A stretch of 64,000 nt of DNA from Xanthobacteraceae bacterium (GCA_049285335.1 JBAPZR010000639.1:12386-76385), one strand, 5' to 3'. Shown: positions 41,599 to 50,319, counted from the first letter of the stretch. The notes: generated by a model from the sequence alone, not told the origin. A program made the numbers and translations.

Positions 41599-42414
41599 AT
41601 GAGAAAGTCGAGCAAGGCCAGGCCGAAGCGCGGCCGGATCATTCCTCTGCTTTTGATCGGCGGCTTTGGTTACGTCTTGGGCGCTTGGCATATGTCCGCG
41701 TTGCGTGAGCCCGATCATGCATCAGCGGCGGCGGCGCGGGCAGTGGCGGTCCGTTTCCCGGCCGAATGGACCAATCCGCAACCGGCGGCTACGCCGGCAG
41801 TGACGTCACGTTCGGCGGCCACCGCGGTATTATTCAGTCCCGTGGCTTTGGCGCCGCAGCCGCTGCAGCCGGCGCAGGTAACCTTGCAACAGTCGGACGC
41901 CGAAAACGCTCCGATGCAATTATTCGACCCGCATGCATCCGACTCGCACGGGACCGATCCGCATGCGATGGTGCAAACCGCATCGCTGGAAAGCGTCGCA
42001 TTGCCCGCGGCATCCACGGCGCATCCCGCCACCGAGCCGGCCCGGCCGTCAGCCAACATGGCCAAGCCCGCGAAGATAACGGCTGCCGCGACGCGCGCTC
42101 CCGCAACCAATCGGTCGCCCTATCTTCTCGACGACGCGCAAATCGCCAGCATCAAAGCGCGGCTTCATTTGACGCCGGATCAAGAGCAGATGTGGCCCGC
42201 CGTTGAGGCGGCGCTGCGCAATATCGCCTATAGGCGCACGCAGCTGGCGCACGAGGGTGGCGCCGCGAACGTGCAATCATTGGACCCCAACGCGGTGCAG
42301 GGATTAAGAACCGCTGCGGTCCCGCTGATCATGAGCTTCAACGAAGAGCAAAAAGAAGAGGTACGCAACCTCGCGCACGTCATGGGTCTCGATCAGCTCG
42401 CCTCGCAGTTCTAA
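41599..42414 (+). CDS. Membrane-anchored/periplasmic hypothetical protein with LTxxQ-like motifs
   Basis: Basic N-terminus plus TM (RIIPLLLIGGFGYVLGAW), an Ala/Pro-rich linker, and C-terminal LHLTPDQEQMW and FNEEQKEEV reminiscent of the CpxP/Spy family. Confidence 0.6.
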   Translation: MRKSSKARPKRGRIIPLLLIGGFGYVLGAWHMSALREPDHASAAAARAVAVRFPAEWTNPQPAATPAVTSRSAATAVLFSPVALAPQPLQPAQVTLQQSDAENAPMQLFDPHASDSHGTDPHAMVQTASLESVALPAASTAHPATEPARPSANMAKPAKITAAATRAPATNRSPYLLDDAQIASIKARLHLTPDQEQMWPAVEAALRNIAYRRTQLAHEGGAANVQSLDPNAVQGLRTAAVPLIMSFNEEQKEEVRNLAHVMGLDQLASQF

Positions 42415-42420
42415 ATCAAG

Positions 42421-42577
42421 TGTCCCGATTCCGAAATTCTCCGCAGCTTGCGGCACGCTCTTAGCGAATTTCGGAATCGATAAAGACACTCGCAAGTTTA
42501 TAATTCCAGTTGTTTTTGGATTTGACGTTCCAATGCGCGTGTGCCGCAGAACGGTAGGAACTTCAAATCCACCACAC
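42421..42577 (+). repeat. Composite double-hairpin repeat element, copy 2 (paralog of 3108-3267)
   Basis: Starts 7 nt after the stop codon. Hairpin 1 pairs 42426-42439 with 42466-42479 (14 bp, perfect). Hairpin 2's right arm GGAACTTCAAATCCACCACAC is conserved; its left arm is degenerate. Confidence 0.75.
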
Positions 42578-42648
42578 GAGCGCGATCGCGATGGGCGCGC
42601 GCGAGCAGCTGCCGCGTTGGCCCGGCGGCCTGGCGAGATCGACTTATT

Positions 42649-43020
42649 CTACTCTTTGGTTGCCGTGTTTCGCTGCGGCAATTGAAAGGCCGGGCGCAGC
42701 AGATCGGCCGTGCATTTTGCTCCGATCAGCGCCAAGCCGACGAAGCATCCCAGCTCGCCTAGATCCAAGGGATTATAGACGTAGAAACTGTAAAGCGGCT
42801 CATAGAGAAAAAAAGCCGCGCACATTGCGGCCGCGATGGCGCAGACCGCGGCCGGCGCGCTACCATAAAGCGTCGCCACCAAAACCGTCGGAAAGAGATA
42901 AAAGAAGACGAGGTGCTGCGGCCCGACCGCCGAAATCCTGATAAGCCACAGAACGCCGGTGACCACCGATAAAACGGCAAGCGCCACAATCACGGGCATC
43001 GCCCGCTTCACAATCCACAT
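42649..43020 (-). CDS. Small integral membrane protein, DUF4118-like
   Basis: 123 aa with 3-4 TM segments (HLVFFYLFPTVLVATLYG pattern as in the KdpD DUF4118 domain). Strong RBS GGGGGGAGA. Confidence 0.65.
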   Translation of the reverse strand: MWIVKRAMPVIVALAVLSVVTGVLWLIRISAVGPQHLVFFYLFPTVLVATLYGSAPAAVCAIAAAMCAAFFLYEPLYSFYVYNPLDLGELGCFVGLALIGAKCTADLLRPAFQLPQRNTATKE

Positions 43021-43286
43021 TTGTCTCCCCCCAAGGCCTTTTGCGTGTTTATTTTCGGCCTTGCGGTCATGATAGCCGAGGGGAGGGATGGAGCAAATCG
43101 TCTAAAGGTCTAGGTTGGAAACCCATACAATTTACTGACTTTAAGGGGATCGCTTCGGTCCGCTGCGATCGATGGCTTTTGCCGAACGCCGTTATGAGTT
43201 TTGAGCAAAATTACATTGCCGCCCTGGCTCTTGCGGCCATTGTCATCGCGCGGATTGATTGAGTCCCAACCTAGGCCCTCATTGGC

Positions 43287-44771
43287 CTATTCGACGACGA
43301 TCTTCATCTCGCTGCCGGGCTTGAGGGTGTCGCCGGGGTCGAGCCCATTGAGCACGCGGAAACGTTCGACCGCGCGATCCGGGACCGCCATCTTGCTCGC
43401 CAGCTTCTCGACCGTGTCGCCCGGCGCGACCGTGACGATACGAAGCCGCAATGGTTTGGCCTGCTCGGTCTCGGCGATGGTCATGCGGCGGAAAGTGTTG
43501 ATCGATTCCCGGAAGCTGCGATCGGTTTCAGGGGTGCGATGTTTGGCGGCGAATATGAAACGGTACACGTCGCTGCCGAAACGGATAGCGTAGAGACGAA
43601 AGTCCCATTGGTCGCCCTTGGCGGCGGCGGTGGCGCCAGGGAAACCGTTGACGGCAATCTCTTCGACGGTGGATGGATCGATGTTTTCGATCCACCCGGA
43701 GTTCAGATAGTCGGTGAGTGTTTGTTCCGCCGGCACGTGCACGACGTCGAGGCGAACCGCCTCGCCGCCGCCGCGCTTGATGCCGAGGACAGCCTGGGCG
43801 GTGTTGTCGAGCGCGAAGCCATCAGGCGCGGTGAAGGTAAAGCCGAGCTTCGGATGCAGGAAACGCCGGCTGCGAACGAATCCCTCGCTCGGATCTTCGC
43901 CGTATACGATGCCGTTGATGTCGGCGAGGTAGGTCGCTTTGGCCTGGGCAAAATTCTGCCCGTTGTCCGCCGGCGCCCGGTATTGCCGGGCGGTGGCAAT
44001 GGCATTGGAAATGCGCTCGGGCGTCGCCGGATGAGACGACAGGAAATCCGGAGCGGCTGGATTGATCGCGCCCGTATCCTCCGGTTTGAGGTCGGCGTTG
44101 TGCTCCATTGCCGTGAGGAAGCGCACCGCGCCATACGGATCGTAACCGGCGCGCGCTGCAATGCCGACGCCGATGCCGTCGGCTTCGAATTCCTGGTTGC
44201 GGGAAAAGCTGGCCAGCGCCAGTTTCGATTTGGCAAGGGCAAGCGCGCCGGCCGCAGGATCGGTGACCACGTCGGAAACGACGCGGCTGACGAGCTCCGC
44301 TTCGCGCGCATGCTCCTCGCGGAGCTCGGCATGGTGCGCGATCACGTGACCCATTTCATGCGCGAGCACGGAAGCAAGCTCGGAATCGTCGTTGGCCAGC
44401 GCGGTCAGTCCGCGCGTGACGTAAAGCTGGCCGGTCGGCAGCGCAAAGGCGTTGACCGAATCCGAATTGAGAACGGTGACTTTGTAGTGAAGGTCGGGTT
44501 TATCCGATGCCGCGACAAGGCGTTCGACCATCGATTCGATCAGGCTTTGCAGCCGGGCATCGGTGTAGACGCCGCCATAGGTCGCGAGGATGCGCTGATG
44601 CTCGCGCAGCACCTCGGGCGACATCGGGACGTCGGCTTGTTTGACCAGCGCCGGAATTACGGCTTGCGGCCCAAGCGTGGACGGTGAGGCCGTGCAGCCG
44701 GCAAGCAGCAGCGCCGCGCAGACAATGCCTCCACGGCGGAGCCGAACCATTTCGAACCGTCCCCGTCCCAC
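43287..44771 (-). CDS. M48 family metalloprotease lipoprotein with C-terminal LysM domain
   Basis: HEMGHVIAHH zinc motif, lipobox LLAGC, C-terminal VTVAPGDTVEKLASKM...LNGL (LysM). Confidence 0.85.
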   Translation of the reverse strand: MGRGRFEMVRLRRGGIVCAALLLAGCTASPSTLGPQAVIPALVKQADVPMSPEVLREHQRILATYGGVYTDARLQSLIESMVERLVAASDKPDLHYKVTVLNSDSVNAFALPTGQLYVTRGLTALANDDSELASVLAHEMGHVIAHHAELREEHAREAELVSRVVSDVVTDPAAGALALAKSKLALASFSRNQEFEADGIGVGIAARAGYDPYGAVRFLTAMEHNADLKPEDTGAINPAAPDFLSSHPATPERISNAIATARQYRAPADNGQNFAQAKATYLADINGIVYGEDPSEGFVRSRRFLHPKLGFTFTAPDGFALDNTAQAVLGIKRGGGEAVRLDVVHVPAEQTLTDYLNSGWIENIDPSTVEEIAVNGFPGATAAAKGDQWDFRLYAIRFGSDVYRFIFAAKHRTPETDRSFRESINTFRRMTIAETEQAKPLRLRIVTVAPGDTVEKLASKMAVPDRAVERFRVLNGLDPGDTLKPGSEMKIVVE

Positions 44772-44873
44772 CAGAAATCACCCAAGCCAGTCGCACGTGT
44801 CTCGATCAGGCAAAGTCTCGATCGCGCCAATCTCGATCACGCAACTCCCTCACCACGCCTTGCTGCCGATCGA

Positions 44874-45731
44874 TTACTCCCCGTTCGCGTTCTCGATCTG
44901 CTCCGGACGCTCGGCTGCGATCCAGGCGCGGTCTTCGACACCGCGTTGCTCGACCCAGCCGCGGACCCGAATGCGGCGACCAGCCAGAGTCTTCAAATCA
45001 AGACCCGCCGCCGCGAATGTGCGCTCGTTTCGTTTCGGGACCGTAACTGTAATATCCTCAGACCGTCGCCGGCCGAAATTCACATAAATCGTGGCGCCGC
45101 TTTCACGTACGGAGGTCACCGTGCCTTCGACCAGCGCGAATCGGCCTCGCTGCGCCGGTACATCCACCGGGGTCTCGACGTTAACAACGTCATAATACGG
45201 ATCGGCCCAGAGGCCAAGCCTTGCCTTTCGGGCGGCCTTTTCACGACTCAAAAGTTCCCCGGCGCATGCGCGCCCGACCCGGTCGCCGACGCGGGCGAAA
45301 CCGTCCGTAACGAGTTCTCCTTGGACAAAAAGCTCGTCGCCGTCGCGTATGGTGTAAGCGTAGGCGACCAGGCGACCGTAGCGATCGGACGCGATCTCGG
45401 CGCTGCGGAGGATGACCTGATCGTCGGTGGCCAGCGCATTAAGCGCGGCGGCAGCGGCTTTGCCGTCCGGCGCCCGGCCGGGGTCGCGCAGCGCCGTCAT
45501 CGGCGGAACCTCAATCGCCGCCAAGCGAACTTCGCGTCCGTCCTCGAGCACGAAGGTGCGCCCGTCTACGATTCGGCTGACCGTGCCGCGAGCGATCGCA
45601 TCGCCGCCGCAAGCATGCGGCGCCGGCTGCTCCACCGCGCGCGCGGGCGCGTTGCCCGACGCTGCCGCAAAACCGGCTGCAACCATCGCTGCCAAATAGC
45701 GGTTCAAGACCCCGTCTTGCCGAAGCGCCAT
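44874..45731 (-). CDS. Thermonuclease (SNase-like) family protein
   Basis: Signal peptide, then GTVSRIVDGRTFVLEDGREVRLAAIEVP and LGLWADPYY, typical of the staphylococcal nuclease fold. Confidence 0.8.
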   Translation of the reverse strand: MALRQDGVLNRYLAAMVAAGFAAASGNAPARAVEQPAPHACGGDAIARGTVSRIVDGRTFVLEDGREVRLAAIEVPPMTALRDPGRAPDGKAAAAALNALATDDQVILRSAEIASDRYGRLVAYAYTIRDGDELFVQGELVTDGFARVGDRVGRACAGELLSREKAARKARLGLWADPYYDVVNVETPVDVPAQRGRFALVEGTVTSVRESGATIYVNFGRRRSEDITVTVPKRNERTFAAAGLDLKTLAGRRIRVRGWVEQRGVEDRAWIAAERPEQIENANGE

Positions 45732-45821
45732 CCGTCAAGCGAACGGCCCGAATGCGGCGCTACTGCGACCGTGCCTTGACACGGGCGCGACACAAATAGT
45801 GCCAAAACGCGGACCGCCGAC

Positions 45822-47153
45822 CTACCGGGGATGCGGCGCCGATCCGTCCTCGATCACGATCGGGGCTTTGAGCACAAGATGCCCCTTGGCGCCGAGGTCG
45901 GCGTCAAGCGTCACGGTCCAGTTGCCGCCTTCCGACAACGCGATGCCGTCGACGACCCAGGCGCCACTATCGTCCTGCGTGGCGGCGCGTGTGACGGGGC
46001 TACTGCCCGCCGCAGCGGGGGCGGTGAGCGCAAATGTCAGCGCTTCGGCTTTGAGCGGATCGAAATCGTCATCCCAAAGACGAACGGTGGCGCTCGCCGG
46101 TCCAACATGGCCGGGCATGATCGTGACATCGGCCATGCCTTGGAGCGAATGCATGTGAATGAAGGCTGCGCCTTCGGGGACGGCTTCGTATTTCGGGTGC
46201 ATCTGCAGGTGAATGGCCGGCGCCATGGATCCAAGAAAGCCGACCACGACGACCGCGGCGAATCCAAGCGCCGCTTCGGCGAGGCTGTTGCGTTCGAGCT
46301 GGCTCGCGGCGCCGGCAGCGGCCAGGCGGGGCGTGAGATAGAAGCGGTTGACGGCGGCAAAGGCGACCATGGCCGCAAACAGGCCGAACTTGGCGATGAC
46401 CAGCCAGCCGTAAGACGTTGCGACGAGGTTATCGATGCTGCCGACCTCGTACCAGCTATTGACGAGACCCGATGCGAGCAACAAGCCGACGCTGGCAATG
46501 CCAAGGAGCGAAAATCGCCGAACTGCTTCAGCCGTCAACGCAGCCCGGCTGGGCTGTTTTCCGCGCCACGTGCAATCAAGCAGCATCGCGAGCGGCAACA
46601 GGCCTCCGACCCAAGCGCCGGCTGCTAACAGGTGCAATGCGTCGGAGGCCAAAGCGAATTGGCCGACAGCGCCCGGCGTGGCGCCCGCATGTCCGGTCCA
46701 GGCCGGACCGATCAAGACGCCGATGGCAAGCACGAGTGCAATTCCGCGGATCCGGCTGCGCCGCGCCGGGTCCATGGATGCGTCAATGGGCGCCGCCATG
46801 AACGCTGCGAGCAGAATCCCCAGCGCGAAGCGCAACGACCACACTTGGCCGAAGCGAGTTTGGGCGATGACCGTCCAGACGCCGCCGCTGCGCCAGACCT
46901 GGCCGACGGGCGCGTCGTAGATATTGGCCGCGAGCAACAACAGCCAAACCGCCCCGGAAACCGCCGCAATGGCAAGGGCCGTCCACACCATCAATTTCCA
47001 TCGGCGGCGCAATGTCTCGATCAGCGGCTGAAAATCGCCGCTCGCCGTACGAAAGGCCGGTTCGGCGACCAAAAATTGGAAGATCACCACACCCGCCGCC
47101 AAGATCGTTGTGGCGAAATGAACGGCGCGCACATAAGCCAGCAGGTCGGTCAA
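45822..47153 (-). CDS. copD: Copper resistance/homeostasis membrane protein CopD with extra C-terminal soluble domain
   Basis: Multi-TM CopD-like core directly after copC. Start is uncertain: TTG at 47153 is chosen because the track ATG at 47303 overlaps copC by about 150 nt. The C-terminal roughly 130 aa are non-hydrophobic. Confidence 0.8.
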   Translation of the reverse strand: MTDLLAYVRAVHFATTILAAGVVIFQFLVAEPAFRTASGDFQPLIETLRRRWKLMVWTALAIAAVSGAVWLLLLAANIYDAPVGQVWRSGGVWTVIAQTRFGQVWSLRFALGILLAAFMAAPIDASMDPARRSRIRGIALVLAIGVLIGPAWTGHAGATPGAVGQFALASDALHLLAAGAWVGGLLPLAMLLDCTWRGKQPSRAALTAEAVRRFSLLGIASVGLLLASGLVNSWYEVGSIDNLVATSYGWLVIAKFGLFAAMVAFAAVNRFYLTPRLAAAGAASQLERNSLAEAALGFAAVVVVGFLGSMAPAIHLQMHPKYEAVPEGAAFIHMHSLQGMADVTIMPGHVGPASATVRLWDDDFDPLKAEALTFALTAPAAAGSSPVTRAATQDDSGAWVVDGIALSEGGNWTVTLDADLGAKGHLVLKAPIVIEDGSAPHPR

Positions 47154-47154
47154 A

Positions 47155-47511
47155 CTATTGCCCGCCGACGTGGAATGTGAAGCTGCCTTGTGTGGTGTGC
47201 GTGTCGACGGACAACGCGTGCCAGTGCACGTGATAGGTTCCAGGGCCAGCGGCTTTAAGTCCGACGCGCATAGTATTGCCGCTGATCTGTGCCTTGCCGG
47301 CATCGACGCGAGCGCCGTTGGGACCTGTCACCTCGACACTGCTAAACGACGGCTCCAAGTTTTGCGTGAACGAGAGTGAGAGCTCGTGTGGTGCGGTAGC
47401 CACAGTACTTCCGACGAGGGGGTTGGCATGGTCCAGGAAGGCGTGGGCCTGCGCGGCGGTGCTTGCCAAGGATATGAGCACGGAAGTTACAATCACGATA
47501 CGGGTTTGCAT
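47155..47511 (-). CDS. copC: Periplasmic copper-binding protein CopC
   Basis: Signal peptide ending AQA, mature N-terminus HAFLDHANP (N-terminal His site), ending YHVHWHALSVDTHTTQGSFTF. Confidence 0.9.
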   Translation of the reverse strand: MQTRIVIVTSVLISLASTAAQAHAFLDHANPLVGSTVATAPHELSLSFTQNLEPSFSSVEVTGPNGARVDAGKAQISGNTMRVGLKAAGPGTYHVHWHALSVDTHTTQGSFTFHVGGQ

Positions 47512-47521
47512 GACTACACCT

Positions 47522-48487
47522 TTAGAAGTTGAGCTTTCGCGGAGGAGCGCCGGTGCCGCCGAGGAGCGGCTGTCCGATTGTGGTCGGGAACATGTCATCG
47601 AGATAAAGATGCAGTTGTCCGATGACGCCGACGCCAGTCCCGCTCTCTCGGTTGACTGGGACAACCGCCTCGAGGCCCACCTGAAAATAAGTGCCGACCC
47701 AGATCACGCCCGGATTAACCGTGCCGGTCGTGACGGAGCTGTTGCCAAAGTTATTGGCAACCGGCGTCGAGAGCTGCGTTTCGACGATGGGAATCAGATG
47801 ATTGATGAAGTCGGGGAGCTGATAATCTTGGACCTCCGACTTAAGGTACGGCATGCTGAACTGCAGCGATGCGCCGTAAACGAGCACTTGCGGAATGAAA
47901 GCATTCAAGGCGGCGTCGTAGGATGAAGTCGGAATCTGATAACCGATCTGTCCCGTCACCGCGAAAGCACGCATCGCGCCGGCGCTGTCCGGAAGGTCAC
48001 CAAAGCCCTTGCCGAAATAGAATGTCGGGGTCAGCAGGCTGTAGCTCGTTCCTATCCCAGAATCCGTAGCGCCGGTGCCACCCCAATCGACGATGAGGCC
48101 GACCAGTAATGCGAGTTCGTGCGGAGCGTCTTTAAGCAGCTGGTATTGTGCTGTCGTTTCCAGGTCTGAGAAACCCGCCATGGTGGGACCACCCGGCGCG
48201 TGGACTTGCGACCATGTGTCGCCGATCGAAATGCCGAAATCTTCGGTGATGCGCTTCGAGAGCTCGGCCGAAACGTCCCATTCGGTCGCGGAAGGGACAC
48301 CGCCGGTTTGCGACCATTGCACTGTCGGAAGAGATAGTTCGTCCGCCACGCAAGGGTCATCGATGACCAATGTGGCGGGAAAGAACCGATCACCGACAAA
48401 GCAATGGGCGAAGGCGCCCGACAGCGGCAGCGTGACGAAAAACAGTAACAACGCGCAAAGGCGCGAGAAGCTTGGAATGCGGAGCAT
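47522..48487 (-). CDS. Putative outer-membrane beta-barrel protein in the cop operon
   Basis: Signal peptide ending AFA, alternating beta-strand pattern, Gly/Thr/Tyr rich, C-terminal Phe (..KLNF). Family not identified with certainty (MetA-pathway/transporter-like). Confidence 0.7.
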   Translation of the reverse strand: MLRIPSFSRLCALLLFFVTLPLSGAFAHCFVGDRFFPATLVIDDPCVADELSLPTVQWSQTGGVPSATEWDVSAELSKRITEDFGISIGDTWSQVHAPGGPTMAGFSDLETTAQYQLLKDAPHELALLVGLIVDWGGTGATDSGIGTSYSLLTPTFYFGKGFGDLPDSAGAMRAFAVTGQIGYQIPTSSYDAALNAFIPQVLVYGASLQFSMPYLKSEVQDYQLPDFINHLIPIVETQLSTPVANNFGNSSVTTGTVNPGVIWVGTYFQVGLEAVVPVNRESGTGVGVIGQLHLYLDDMFPTTIGQPLLGGTGAPPRKLNF

Positions 48488-48540
48488 GAAACCTCTCCAT
48501 CAGGCGCGAGAAACATTGCGGCCATCGGGGCCGCGGGGTT

Positions 48541-48942
48541 TCACGCGGCCGGTGGAGGCGCTCGCGAGCGATGATAGTGCGAGTCGGCTTTGCGAACGAG
48601 GGTGAAGCTCGTCAGCGTCGCGACACGTACTGTGCCGGATTGCAGGTGCGCGACAACCGTGGGCGGCGGCGGCAAGGCCCCCGGCATGGCCAGGCAGCCG
48701 AGGCAGCAATCGTCGACGCAGACTTTGCCCTGCGTGCCATCGTGGGATGCAGGCTGCTCCGCAGCGGTGTTATGGCAGAGAACGCCGCCGGGTTGTGCAA
48801 ACGCTTCGGCGGCAACCTGTGCAGCGCCAAAGCTTGCGATAAGACCTGAAAGCGCGATCGCGTAAGCTGTGGCAAGCGCGATGACGCGGCGCGACAACGA
48901 CCTCCGCCGCAACACCGCCGGTTTTTTCAACCCTACACGCAA
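48541..48942 (-). CDS. DUF2946-like cysteine-rich membrane-anchored protein
   Basis: One N-terminal TM, then VLCH...H...CVDDCCLGCL and the tail SRAPPPAA, resembling DUF2946 proteins found next to copper-uptake genes. Confidence 0.6.
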   Translation of the reverse strand: MRVGLKKPAVLRRRSLSRRVIALATAYAIALSGLIASFGAAQVAAEAFAQPGGVLCHNTAAEQPASHDGTQGKVCVDDCCLGCLAMPGALPPPPTVVAHLQSGTVRVATLTSFTLVRKADSHYHRSRAPPPAA

Positions 48943-49026
48943 TCCAAGGCCCCAAACGCGAAATCCCCATTCATGAACAGCTTAGTGGCAAAGAAATTCC
49001 CCCGCCACCGGAAAAACGCGCCCAAG

Positions 49027-49068
49027 CCGGCGCTTGCCAGCCGGTGCTTGCCAGCCGGTGCTTGCCCT
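49027..49068. repeat. Three tandem 14-bp direct repeats (CCGGYGCTTGCCAG) in the cop operon leader
   Basis: Read directly: 49027-49040, 49041-49054, 49055-49068. They lie 85-126 nt upstream of the DUF2946-like gene start. Confidence 0.8.
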
Positions 49069-49200
49069 GTCGATCGGCCGCGAGAACCCGGAAACGATCC
49101 GGCATGGAGAGAAAGTATGCCCCGGACGTGATCCGGGGATCATGCCTCATCAAATGCGCTCTCTGGCGAGACCCGCGGTTCTCGCCTGCCAATCCGCCGA

Positions 49201-49236
49201 GATGAATTAATGGTCGAGCCGACGCCGGCTCGACCG
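49201..49236 (-). terminator. Terminator after the psiF-like gene
   Basis: 10-bp stem GGTCGAGCCG/CGGCTCGACC (49212-49235) with a 4-nt loop, followed on the minus strand by AUUAAUUCAUC. Lies 21 nt after the stop. Confidence 0.5.
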
Positions 49237-49256
49237 ATGCGAAATGTAAGCTGGGT

Positions 49257-49490
49257 TTAGCCGCCCTTGACGCACTTGGCGACGTAACTGGTCTTGGCGG
49301 CGCCGGCCAGCGGCTTGCCGTCACTACCGATCGCACCGTCTGTGCAGCACTTTTTCATAAAGCTGGTTTTGGCGGCTCCGGCCAGCGGCTTACCGTCCGA
49401 GCCAACAGCCTTGGTTGCGCAGGATTGCGCCATCGCCGAACCAGCAGCAAAAGATGTGATCAAAATCGCAAGCGCAAGACGTTTCATCAT
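49257..49490 (-). CDS. Small secreted PsiF-repeat-like protein (two internal repeats)
   Basis: Signal peptide, then C-x3-A-x-GSDGKPLAGAAKTSF-x2-KC occurring twice. Strong RBS AAGGAGGAAA. Confidence 0.75.
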   Translation of the reverse strand: MMKRLALAILITSFAAGSAMAQSCATKAVGSDGKPLAGAAKTSFMKKCCTDGAIGSDGKPLAGAAKTSYVAKCVKGG

Positions 49491-49727
49491 TTCCTCCTTT
49501 TGGGGACCGACATACGGTCTTCCCGGAATGACCCCGTCCAGACACGATCTTCCTAGGCTAGAACCATTTCAATTTAGATCAAAACCGAGAGCGCCTCAAA
49601 CACCGAGATTGAGGGTTGCCCTAATTCGAAAGGCGCACCCGGGAGCCCCTGCGGAAGCCGATTCTGAAATCGCAACAGTGGTGAAATTCGTTGACACCCC
49701 GAGCCCTTGGAAGTTTCTTGGAGCTTA

Positions 49728-49943
49728 TCAGTCGTTCCTATTTGCGTCACCGGTTGCGCCAGTCTTGCCCATGACGGCCGTTCTGGATCCCGTGCGAGAA
49801 CCCGTCTCCCGCCTCCCGTCGCCCCTTTCCAGGAAATCGAGCGCCAAGCTCTCGTATCTTCTCTTGAGACTTGGATCGTCGGTTGCACGCGCCAGCGACA
49901 TGCACACCTGTGCTTGATGCCAATTGTAAGAACGCGGTGACAT
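49728..49943 (-). CDS. Possible small hypothetical protein
   Basis: The N-terminal 40 aa (SYNWHQAQVCMSLARATDDPSLKRRYESLALDFLE) resemble a small helical family common in Rhizobiales. No clear RBS, and the tail is low complexity. Confidence 0.3.
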   Translation of the reverse strand: MSPRSYNWHQAQVCMSLARATDDPSLKRRYESLALDFLERGDGRRETGSRTGSRTAVMGKTGATGDANRND

Positions 49944-50319
49944 GGTGCGACTCGGACCTGGGCGCAGCTTTTCTGTATCGGGACTTTGACGGAAAACACG
50001 GTTTTTCGTGTTGGGTTCCCTCTTACGGCGCCAAGCTACGTAAAAAATTTGTCATCGAGCGTGCGGTCCGGATTTCGGAACCACGCAGGGCCGGAAAACG
50101 GCAATTTTAGCGGCATTGCGCCGCACTATTTTTCGGCGGCGTGTGGCGTGGCGCCATCGCGCATTGAGCCTGCAAACGAATTTTGTCAGGGAATCCGCGG
50201 ATATTCCAAACCGACATTGTTGAATGGAGTTCCATGGATTCTCGTGCCGCAAATATCTGGAAATCAATAAGCTCGCGGCATATTCAAACGATGCTAGGCA
50301 ACCAAAGGAGAGGACAAGG

